Origin: Eledone cirrhosa
Lineage: Eukaryota
Direction of reading: 5' to 3'
Assembly: GCA_964016885.1 (NCBI GenBank)
Contig: OZ024741.1
Span: 328,972,001 to 329,036,000, forward strand
DNA: 64,000 nucleotides
Shown here: positions 52,760 through 64,000 of the stretch, piece after piece
Layout: every line of letters starts with the position of its first letter
How positions within the stretch are numbered: the stretch's first letter is position 1
Position numbers and translations under genes: made by a program
The notes under the pieces: generated by a model
Told to the model about the DNA's origin: nothing
Database searches by the model: none
Seen by the model: only the letters and a program-made list of their open reading frames with translations

Positions 52760-55700
52760 TTAGAAGGGACAAGATGCTGTGTGGTTACTAATAAAGAGTG
52801 TTTAGAAATGTACGGAAAAACAGAAACAAACGACAGATCTCCTCTTCAGTTGTCTGCTGTGGGTCTAGGATGTTTTGACGGGCCAAAGACAATACGTCTA
52901 TCCACAGTGCGTCAATAACTGGGAAGTTATTGGGGAAGAAAAAGACAAGGAGACGATACAATGATAAAGAAAAAAAGACGAGAAAAACAAAGAAAAGAAA
53001 AAGCACAGAAAACATACCGATAGAGAGGGGGAAACACGAGGAGTAGCACATGTATGTAACAGTAACTAAGGGGGAGAGAGCGGAAGAAGTTAAACCGGCA
53101 TAACCATTATCCCATTATTTCTTCTTACAATCAATAAGAAATTATGTCACAGTTAGTTTAAAACTTAAAAGAGATTCTTGAAGGTAAATATTTCATATAA
53201 GTACTAGGAACTTGGAATATAATCCGTTCTTCCGTCCCAAAATTACTATGTCAAAGACCAACGATGCCAATAATGATTAATCTTCGTTTTTTCCCGTCTA
53301 AGAATTTGAGATAAAATCAACAAGTGAAAACATCGATATATTTTCCCAAAATTTCGCTTTCAGTCTCGATAGTCAATCGATAGAAAGCTTGTTTCCTCAA
53401 AGAATTTTAGAAGAATGATGAAAACGTATTGTTGATAGGAATCTGGTTCGACATCCATTCGAAAATTAGTTTTCTATACGATTTTTCATTTATTTATTTC
53501 TTGTTTTATTTATCCAAAATATCGTCGTAATATAAATAGTACAAAAGTCGATGAAGGCCCGACGAGAAATCGTATATAGGTAAAATATTATAAGGAGAAC
53601 AACAAATAGAATAGAGAATAGAGAAAAGCAAGGCAAAATAAAAGAAAAATGAAACGAATCTTCGGGGAAAAAATCTGGAAGTGGCAAACATTTTATCCTT
53701 GGCTGGGTGGTCTATATCAGCTTTGAACCACAAACAACATAGCTAAGATGTTGCCGCAGAGATCAGCCAACAATATTACACCTTGTTTGTGATCGATATC
53801 TTTACATTAACACAGGGTCACACACATAGAGGGAAGACCTGGATCACCAGTATTTGAATGGGATTTATTTTATTGATCTGTTTCACCGAAATCATGAAAG
53901 ATTAGGAAATATTCAGAGTTGTTGGTACAGCAAAATAAATGCCTCGCTGAGTTTGTTCGGGTCGTTTACACTCAGAGTTCAAATCCCGCCGAGTTGGTTT
54001 TGCCTTTCATTTTTTCAGGGTCGATAAATAAAGTATCAGATCGTGTCCGGTATGTATTGGCAGAAGTCTGAATGTGCCGGATGGAATGCTTTGTGTTATC
54101 TGTTCCGGTTATGGGAGTTCTCCGTTCAAACACTGCTTCGCCACTATAAGGTCTCAGGTTCGATCACATTGTTTGGAATCGTAAAAAAGTGTGATATACC
54201 AAACCTTTGGGTCGTTCCAAGCCTCGTCAGTGTAATTGTGTCGACAGAATCTGTGTGGAAGCCCGTCAGATTGATTTTGCCTGTAATTTTAAAATATCAG
54301 CTTTTTCACATCCTCTCCTGTTGAATCTCAGTAAGAACTACGTAAAGTATACATGTGTCTAGGGAATGTTCAGCCACTTTCTCGATAATTTTACGTGCAG
54401 GTTGTATTGATGTTCGAACATCGGCAAAACCGACGAGGTTCAATTCTCAGTTCAATGGTTATAGTAGTTGTTCGGATAAGATCCCCTCCCCACAAAAAAA
54501 AATATGAATCCACTGTCGTTCTTTCTAAGCCTATTATTTCAAACAATTGGACATTTATTTGTCTTTAAACCAAACAGGACTGAAAGAAAAAGGAACGAAA
54601 ACAAAAACAAAAAGAACTGCCAAAGAGAAACTGATTTCATGGAAATTAAAGCTTTGTTTCGGGGGCTAATTTTTCTCTGCCTTGTAGTAAAAATGTTGGT
54701 ATCAAAGGAATTTCCAATTAGGTTGGAATTTAGTATGCATATACTTCTCTATTCTGAAACATTCGATTCCAATCTATCGGGAAAATTTTACTCTATGCAG
54801 AAATCACAGAATAAAGGTCAGGTTTCAATTTAAGAATGTAATTTAGCTGTTATTCTTTGTTCCCTGATTGCCTGAAGGACATTAATGGCTTTTGATCCTT
54901 TTTCTTCAATATCGATTCCAGATATAGTTTTAGATGTTTCCGCGCTTCTCCGCTTCTCTCCCCTTCATTCTATTCTAATTAGACGTAACCACTTCTCGAG
55001 ATAATGAAACGGAGGCTATAGCAATTTATATTTCGAGTCAAAGGGATCATGACCAGAGCCAGTTAATAGTTATAACTGTAATGGTTTAATCACAATATTA
55101 ATATTAGTGATTATTGATTTTCTTTTTGGTAATTTATTATGATGAGAAGTTTTTATTAGCTAGAGGCTAATATAGATGGTTGAATTGTTCCCTCTGTAGT
55201 GTAGCTACTTTGTAGCTACATTAACCGGATATTTACTATTCTACTACAGTTTGAATGTTTCATTCTACTATTTCCATGTATATAATTCGATAGAATGTTA
55301 AACAGTAACATTTTATAAAAGCCCTCTAGTTAAAAATAAGGTCCAACAAGAAACTCTATCCACTCAAACTTCATCCAATCCCATCCTGCTGACTTAATGG
55401 ATGCAGATACAATGGTTAAGAAGTTCGGTTTGCAATCGTGAGTCCGGGCTAGTTCGATCTTTTGCAGCTTGATATCTGGGGAACTTTCGTTTTCCATAAT
55501 CTCGTTTTAATCCAATCCTGGTGAGTGACGTTTGGTAAAGGGAAACGTGTGTGGAAACCCATCAGATGTATCGTATCTATAATTCAAGGGACCTACCTTA
55601 TTACATAATGTCTCACACTGATACTGCCTCTGAACTGCGTTGAGGATAAATGTGTGCATGCGTGTGAGTTTGTATATGTTTGTGAGTTTGTGTGTGTGTG

Positions 55701-55861
55701 TGTGTGTATGTGTGTGTGTGTATGTGTGTGTTTGAGTGTGTGTGTGTGTGCGTGTGTGTGTTTGCGTGTGGAATACTCAAGATATTTGATCGAACGATTC
55801 AGAAGCAAACACATTTGGACAGTCGGTTAGTGTCGTACCAATCATCTGTTTTATAGCTCAA

Positions 55862-56051
55862 TAACTGTTTCTACTTTTGGCACAAGGCCAGCAATCACCC
55901 AGTTCATTACTGGTACTTTATTTTATCGACCCCCCTAAAGTATGAAAGGCAAAGTTGACCTCGGCGGAATTTGAACTCAGAATGGAAAGGGCTGTAACTC
56001 TATGCGTCAAAGCAAGGCGTCCGACCCTCTACCGATACTGCCAATCCACCG
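55862..56051 (-). mobile_element. SINE S1, full length
   Basis: Complete match to S1. Confidence 0.85.
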
Positions 56052-57003
56052 TTTTAGAGCTCAATAACGTAAAATAGATAGGTCATCTATTGAAAATGTT
56101 CACTGTCCAGGTGGTCGGCTTAGCTTGGGCTTCTGAGCTAGTTGAATATAGGGATGTTGGGTGTTGGAGACAGGCTTAACATCATAGAGGAATATCGCAC
56201 TAATGTAAGATTTGCTGAAGATGCCCAAAATTAGTACACTATGACACATTGTCAGTAGAATTGGGACGACTGAAATTTATAAAGATTTTACATTTTTATT
56301 TTAATTTAACGCCAACAAAGCAGAAATATAAGCATAATTAAATTTCGTCCATATGCCACCACATTGAATTAAACTTAAGGATCAGTCTGCCTTGTCCTGG
56401 CGGACAGGATGAAAAAGACATTGCCCTAGAGGATGACGAGGGAGATGCTGGAATAGCAATTCCACTTAGCAGCACTCGCACTTTCGGGTAGCCACCTCCA
56501 CTTTATAGCGCTGTCGATACTTTGACGTGTTGCCCCAGGTTAAGAGTTTGTTCGCTTCGTGGTTCTAACCGACAGGATTGGGAATACGTTGCCCCGGAGG
56601 AAGGTAAGGGAGACGAGCTGAAAATAAAACACTCTATCTTGCTGGGCTCACATTTGCGAATAACCAAATCTGCTCCAGTAGCAGTGAATAAGGGCGACAT
56701 CATGATTTGAAATCCCAATATATTTTAGAGTGTCAATGCAATCAACTAACATTCTGTTTTATTCTCCTCATCTAAAATGGAGACTATTACAATATAAGGA
56801 ATGTTGTAAAAGTATAAATTAGTTAATAAAGTTTAAATGGCCTCAAATAAGAATAGATTACCTTAATGTTACTGCAAATAGGTACAGTTGAATAGGTGTG
56901 GTGATTAGTGTCTCTGAAACATTTCTCACTTATTTTTTTTTTATATTCCAGGCATCAGAATAAAAACATTGTTTTACACCCACACACACACGCACACATA
57001 CAG

Positions 57004-57074
<71 letters not shown>

Positions 57075-57169
57075 CACATATATATATGCGTGTATAAAAC
57101 ATATATTTATATATGAGAGAGTTATATATTTATATATATATATAGAGAGAGGGGGAGATAAACAGATAG

Positions 57170-57222
<53 letters not shown>

Positions 57223-57448
57223 CATAGCTTCCAGATAAACACGAGAAAAACAATGTATATGTATACATATAAATGTAATACGTATATATAATATATAAGT
57301 GCATATATATATATGTATGAATGTATGTATGCATTAACAACCATTGATAGTAAATTAACGCACATTATTAACGATAATATGGTACATAAGAATTCAAAGA
57401 CCTTGTTTGCCTCCAGTGTTGACGCAGTGGTGAATATAATATTGCGTT

Positions 57449-57488
<40 letters not shown>

Positions 57489-58119
57489 CATATGTGTGAG
57501 TGTGTGTCTGTGTGTGTGTGTGTGTATATACATATATTGATATAGATATATGCATATATACATATACATACATATACATATGTATTTATATGTATATATA
57601 TATGTGCATATATATATATATATATAAGAATATATATATTTATATATACATTTATACATATATATGTGTGTGTGTGTATGCCTGTATGTATGTATGTATG
57701 TATGAGTCGCGATACAAACATCATTAGTATTTACTATTTACGCAGATGTTTATCTATCAACCCCATCATTTAACAAGTGATGATTGTCGGTATTCAAGTT
57801 TGGTAGTTTGGTATCAATGTATTAGAGAGCGATTTACGTGTATAATTGGTCCATTAGTCAAATTTTGAATCTGAAATTTCGAAACACAATGATTCACCTA
57901 ATATTCACCTAAATATCTGTCGCCGATATAAGTTCCATAAGCGATTGACACATTTGATCTCTAGCAAAGACAATCAATGAAAGTATTGACTGCAACCTCC
58001 CCATAATGTATAATGGTATGATGTACCAAGTAGGACGTCATCCGCCTACCACCATTGCATACCAATGCTGCCAACCCTCAGCAGCAACCACAGGCTCACC
58101 ATTACCACTGCTACCTACC

Positions 58120-58657
58120 CTGGATTGGTAGTGTCGGTAGAGGGTCGGACACCATGCTCTGCAGCATAGAGTTACGGCCTTTACGGTCTGAGTTCAAATC
58201 CCGCCGAGGATCACTTTGCCTTTCATCCTTACGGGGTCGATAAAATAAAGTACTAGTAATGCACTGGGGTAATTGCTGGCCTTGTGCGAAAAGTAGAAAC
58301 AATTATTATTGAGGGCTGTGGATTGGCAGTATAAGTAGAGGGTCGGACTCCATGATTTGCAGCATAGAGTTACGGCCCTTTATGATCTGGTATCGAATCC
58401 AGCCGAAGTTAACTTTGCCGTTCATCCTTACGGCGTCGATAAAATAAAGTACCAGTCACGCACTGGAGTTGATTTAATCGACTTCCTCCTCCCCCCAAAA
58501 TATGCTGGCCTTGTACCTATAGTATAAACCATTATTATTGCCGCAACTCCCCCGAGGTTAACTTTGCCTTTCATCCTTACGGGGTCGATAAAATAAAGTA
58601 CCAGTAATGCACTGGGGTAATTGCTGGCCTTGTGCCAAAAGTAGAAACAATTATTAT
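58120..58657 (+). mobile_element. Three tandem SINE S1 copies
   Basis: S1 at ~58120-58288, 58315-58540 and 58552-58657. Confidence 0.85.
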
Positions 58658-59728
58658 TGCCGCAACCCTACCGTCACTTCAGTCTAACCCGCGGAGTTGC
58701 AACCATCCGACCATCAGCACAGTCTTCCGCTCATTACCGCTGCCGCTTACCCACCACTCCTGATGGCGTCTATTCACCGCATCTATCGTCGGACCATCAT
58801 CACATCTTCCCCTCCCATCTCTCCTGCCTGACCCTTATTTATCGTTGCCGTCAGTTCACCACCACTGCAACTAGCGTCCCATCACCATTGATGCCGCCTA
58901 TTCTGTGCTGTTATGTGGAATGTGGGTATTTGGTGGGGGTTTTATGTACAAATACGACAGAATGATCTGTTCATCCATCTAGGCATCTATGGTTCCAGAG
59001 ATTCTAATGAAATCCTTGCAGCACCCTCGTGATATTCAGCGTACCTTCTGCATTTATACTTGATGGTGAAGGCCATCCCTCTCTAGGTATGAACACAGCC
59101 GGATTCTTCCAGAGACTTAGAAAGTGAGATAGAGGAGTGGTGAATGGAAAACAAATATAGTGAAAGAATTGAAGCCAGTACTGAACTAGTAATTTATCGA
59201 CCTTAAAAGGTAATCTATCGACCTTAAAAGGTAATTTATCGACCTTAAATGCGAAGTTGTCCCGCGTGGGATTCGAACACCTCAGAGCGGAGAGAATAGG
59301 AACTTATACCTGGAAAGTATTCTATCCGACATTCCTACGAATCTATCAATTTGTCGCATACAATAATGGTTTACAAACAATACGAATTATATATTTATTT
59401 ATGGAGCTTTACAAAAGAGTCATACATATACAACACCATTTTTCCGGTACTTATATCGGACGGCAATGTCACACGGCAATTTTTACTCGGGTATAATTAC
59501 GAGAAGAACCTTGAATGATATCTGACCTGCCAGGCAAGTTAATTTGCGTTAGGATGGTAAAGTGATCAGTGTAATTTTCATAATATAAATTTCACTCACC
59601 GAAACACTTTATCTTACATGGCACTAATTTTACCCAGATATAACTATAGGAGAACCCTTGAATGGCCACTAACTGAGCCACCGGACATGATAATTATAAT
59701 GCTAAACTGATGAATGTAACCTTTAATC

Positions 59729-59873
<145 letters not shown>

Positions 59874-60275
59874 GGGGAAGGTGAAATTGGAAATAGCACA
59901 GAAAATATTTTAGGGGTTTGTTTTTCGTTTTTTTTTGTTTTGTTTTTTTATCCTTTCTTTGATTCGTCAAAGTGACATTATTGAAAAGATGACATTATTG
60001 AAAAAATGAAAGGGACAATTCTTTAAAAAAAGTTTTATAATGTATATAAAGTATATAAAGTATTAACGGTTTCGATGTATTATTAAAATTCATCTTATCA
60101 AATATTGAGTATTACAATTAAAAAGAATTAATAGGAATTAAAAGCTAAAAATTAAAGATTTAAAATTAAGTGTTGGGGTAAGTTTTTTCCCATCTTCGTA
60201 GCTCAGAAGTGCTCATTCTCCAGTCCACATAAATGCTAATATATATATATACATATATTTATATTCATATATATA

Positions 60276-60705
60276 TGACTGTCGTCATGTACCCACCTGC
60301 TCCGGATAAAGTTTTCAATGAACCCTCCATACACGTATACGGCCAAAAGCTGAAGGCTGCTGACACATTTGTGTATTTGGGGAGTACTCTGAGTGTGACC
60401 TGCTCTCTGGATCTAGAAGTTGGTCTACGTGTTAGTAAGGCAAGTGAGTCATTTGGAAGGCTCAACGACCGTCTTTGGTGCAGGCGAGGAATCACAAGAA
60501 GGACCAAGGTGATAGTGTATGCTGCATGTGTACTGTCAGCTTTGCTGTATGATGTGAGACATAGGTTGCCTACAAAAAGGCATATTCACAGACTGGAACG
60601 GTTTCACCAGCAGTGTCTCAGAAAGATGCTTGGTATCAAGTGGCAGATGCATGTGAGTGATGTTGAGGTCCTTGAGATAAGTGAGTGTCGGAGCATTGTG
60701 GCGGT
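60276..60705 (+). mobile_element. RTE-clade LINE fragment (post-RT region)
   Basis: FVYLGSTLS..EVGLRVSKASESFGRL..WCRRGITRRTKVIVY..VLSALLY..LERFHQQCLRKMLGIKWQ..EVL. Confidence 0.85.
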
Positions 60706-61336
60706 TATCATTTACCTAAAGTATACTACACTAATAATACCTAATATATTTCTATATATATATACATCCATATATCTAATAATATGTTGATATCTTGGTT
60801 GAAGAATAATTAGTGCATTTACACCCAGTTATACAAAAGTATATATTTATCCTTAACATCCTTCAATATATTATCTTATTTTATTTTTATATTCGTCGTT
60901 ATTATTTGCCTCAAACATACTGGATCATTAATATATACCTATATACATAATAGTTATTTAAATATTTATAACAATAAGTACCTCAAAAACTTTACATACC
61001 TAATATGTTGGTATATTTATTAAAGTTTGAATTTAGGTAAATAATCAACAGTATATTATTTCATCCTTTATGTGCCAGCTAAATCCCTTAAATGTTACTC
61101 TTAAAATTCAGAAGTTTAGAAATGATAACACATTTATCGAATTTATACAAATAATATATAAATAACCAACAAATAATCCATGAATCTGGAGTTTTCACTA
61201 TAATATTATGAATTAAATATTTTCAAATTTAACCGTTTAACTTTCGAAAAAACCTCCTTCTACATATTTCACCCCCCCCCCCCCTACACTTTATCTTAAC
61301 CATATAACATCTCAGGGTATGTCATGTATCAGTATA

Positions 61337-61387
61337 TTGTGTCTGATGAGGACGTACTGTTGTACATCCGAAATATGTATAATAAAA
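61337..61387 (+). ncRNA. Type I HHR motif (stem I partly degraded)
   Basis: CTGATGA-ggacgtac-tgtt-gtacatcc-GAAA-tatgta-TA-ataaaa. Confidence 0.7.
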
Positions 61388-61389
61388 TG

Positions 61390-61443
<54 letters not shown>

Positions 61444-61446
<3 letters not shown>

Positions 61447-61861
61447 GATATTAAATAAATGGAAACTATATTTATAAAACCATATTTATTTCATTATATA
61501 TATTTCAGGGATATCATATTAAAAATATGGTATGCCTTCTTCAGACAAAATACAATATAAACAGTCTTATAAATAGATAGATTTGACTACCAAATCTATC
61601 AACTTTTTAAATGAAAGTTGAAGTTGTAAGGTATGTCAAATCTATCTATTTATAAGACTGTTTATATTGTATTTTGTCTGAAGAAGGCATACCATATTTT
61701 TAATATGATATCCCTGAAATATATATAATGAAATAAATATGGTTTTATAAATATAGTTTCCATTTATATAATATCGTAAATATACTCCAAATACTTGTTG
61801 AGTGCTTTTATATCAGTTATAAATATTTACTCGTTGTAACCCAACAATTTAAATAAAACTT

Positions 61862-61865
<4 letters not shown>
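61444..61865. mobile_element. Solo inverted pLTR pair (arms ~61444-61587 and 61635-61778) with outward-facing HHRs
   Basis: HHRs at 61489-61550 (-) and 61672-61733 (+): ttttgt-CTGAAGA-aggcatacc..atatccct-GAAA-TATATA-TA-atgaaa. Downstream ttgagtgctt box as at 6005 and 10650. Confidence 0.8.
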
Positions 61866-61959
<94 letters not shown>

Positions 61960-62321
61960 CATTTATGTGCGCGTCTGTACGTTATTAACGGTATTGAAGG
62001 CTGAACATTAAAGCGTTAGACTATAGTCATAGTAAATGACTAACATAACATTTCGCAAATATTACATAATCAAATTCATGAAGGAAACTTTTAAATTCCC
62101 TCACCTGTTTCATGATTATGGAGTGTATATATGTATGTATATGCGTGTGTGTGTGTGTGTGTGTGCGTGTGAGTGTATGTATAGAGAGAAAGAAAGAAAT
62201 GGATAGATAGGTTGATTGATTGGTTGATAGATAGATAGATAAAAAGAATGATAGAAATAGATAGAGATATAGAGAGATACATAGGTATACATATGTATAT
62301 AATTTGATCAATATGCACATA

Positions 62322-62381
<60 letters not shown>

Positions 62382-62587
62382 AACACATATATATATATGT
62401 ATATATATATATGGGGGAATTAATGTTCAGCGTAATGAAATATTGATCATTATATAATAGAAAATCGATTAAAATGAGTTAATCACATCAGGAAATTTAA
62501 ATTTTCTGATTTATCGATAAATTTAAGTGACCATACTTCTTGATATTTCATTCCTGTTACTGGAAATTGCGCATTAATATATATAGA

Positions 62588-62700
62588 TGTTCAAATCCCG
62601 CCGAGATTAACTTTGCGTTTCATCCTTGCGGGGTCGATAAAATAAAGTACCAGTAATGTACTGGTAATTGCTGGCCTTGTGCCAAAAGTAGAAACAATTA
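62588..62700 (+). mobile_element. SINE S1, 3' half
   Basis: gttcaaatcccgccgag..ggccttgtgccaaaagtagaaacaatt. Confidence 0.85.
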
Positions 62701-62911
62701 ATATATATAGATGTTTTGCGTGCGCGTAAATGTTTGTGATCGTGTGTATGTTTATGTATATGTATGTGTGTGGGGGGGGGTCGTTGTTTGTGTAGATTTG
62801 AAATTGGCCTTATGAGATGTGTTATATATATATAGTTAGGGAAGCAGAAAATTGCTTATTGTGATCCAGTTCGTGGTTAAGAAAGCCAGTTTCATGGACG
62901 GTTTCATCGAC

Positions 62912-63012
62912 TATTTTGAAAATTTGGACGTGAACAACAATTATAATTGAGTGGCTGCTATTTGCAGTATAGCAATATAAGGTTGCACTTACCAATGAAA
63001 CGGTCGTAAATA
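62912..63012 (+). ncRNA. HHR motif with U3-A8 core (family A)
   Basis: tatt-TTGAAAA-tttggacgtgaac..gttgcacttaccaat-GAAA-CGGTCG-TA-aata. Confidence 0.65.
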
Positions 63013-63157
63013 CCTGGATAAAATCCTGTGTTTTCTCTTTTATACTATATATATATATATAGTAATAATAATAAATGTGGAGACTAAAATCTAAAGAGGG
63101 TTTGATAAGGATAATATATATATATATATATATTTATTTATTAAAATAACAGATTAA

Positions 63158-63208
63158 AGATTAAGCAAAGAATCGCTGCTTTCACCCTTAACGGGATCTT
63201 CTGAAACT
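63158..63208 (-). ncRNA. Second copy of the U4A HHR-topology motif
   Basis: Same as 47126-47176 with one stem I mismatch. Confidence 0.55.
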
Positions 63209-63598
63209 AAAAAGGTCAATCTGTGAACGCAGAGGTAAATATTTCGAAAAACGTTGGAACCGAAAGAAGACAGGAAGACGATACTTTGGTTCGTGAAACG
63301 TTCCCTGGCAAAGAACGAAAAAAAACGAATATAATACGTCATTATTTGGTGCGGTGAAAACAATTACAAAGACAAAACCACGTTTATGGTATAAATGAAG
63401 TCTTAGACTAATATTCTATTAGGTGGTTCATGGAGACGTTCTCTGGCAATGAACGAAAAAAACGAAGATAATACTTCATTATGTGGAGCGGTGAGAACAA
63501 TTACACGCAAAGACAAAAGCACGTAAAATTCTATCTGATATAAATTTATCCTTATCGAGCCGTCTTTGGATTTTAGTCTTCAAATTTTTTATTATTCC

Positions 63599-63680
<82 letters not shown>

Positions 63681-63701
63681 GTATCTATGTATGTATGTAT
63701 G

Positions 63702-63747
<46 letters not shown>

Positions 63748-63875
63748 TAGATATATGAGGTGAGTTTATTGTAGTACAATAAAGCAATGCAAATATCGGA
63801 TAAGTAGCACTCAACAGTTTATGGGACCGGAGTATAAATAATATAAAATCAAAAGATGGTTAAAATAGTTCCATG

Positions 63876-63946
63876 TATTTTATTATGCGCATTTCAAATA
63901 CAAATATCATCATGGGATGATATTTGCGTTCTCATCAGATAAAATA
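63876..63946 (-). ncRNA. Type I HHR motif with long stem II
   Basis: tattttat-CTGATGA-gaacgcaaatatcatc..gatgatatttgtattt-GAAA-TGCGCA-TA-ataaaata. Confidence 0.85.
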
Positions 63947-64000
63947 GGGAGACATGATATGAAGCTTAAAAAACACTTGCGAGCAGTGAAGTGTTAAATC

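Noticed and set aside
59189-59249. Three copies of a 21-bp unit (gtaatttatcgaccttaaaag)
   Set aside because: Local slippage inside a decayed SINE; no further significance seen.

Overview
AT-rich, microsatellite-dense eukaryotic DNA. The repeat landscape and SINEs look like an octopod cephalopod, which is an inference. I can support no host gene: nearly all short ORFs are translations of (TA)n/(TG)n/(CA)n tracts. The window is a mosaic of retroelements inserted into microsatellites: a near-full-length Dong/R4-type element (13.6-17.6 kb) plus a decayed copy, a full-length Tx1/L1-type LINE (33.7-39.4 kb), an RTE fragment, at least five Penelope-like element (PLE; RT + GIY-YIG) remnants with inverted terminal duplications (one forms a ~4.6-kb palindrome), and over 20 tRNA-derived SINE copies. 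The main non-obvious signal is RNA-structural: about 20 type-I hammerhead ribozyme (HHR) motifs in several unrelated families. These include (i) a non-coding ~670-bp tandem repeat with one HHR per unit, plus a diverged, terminally redundant monomer elsewhere (retrozyme/circular-RNA-like); (ii) up to three families with the compensatory U3-A8 core (UUGANAA instead of CUGANGA); and (iii) a U4A variant. One otherwise open Neptune-like PLE ORF has an in-frame UGA at a conserved Cys (selenocysteine candidate or nonsense mutation). All folds were read by eye and are untested.
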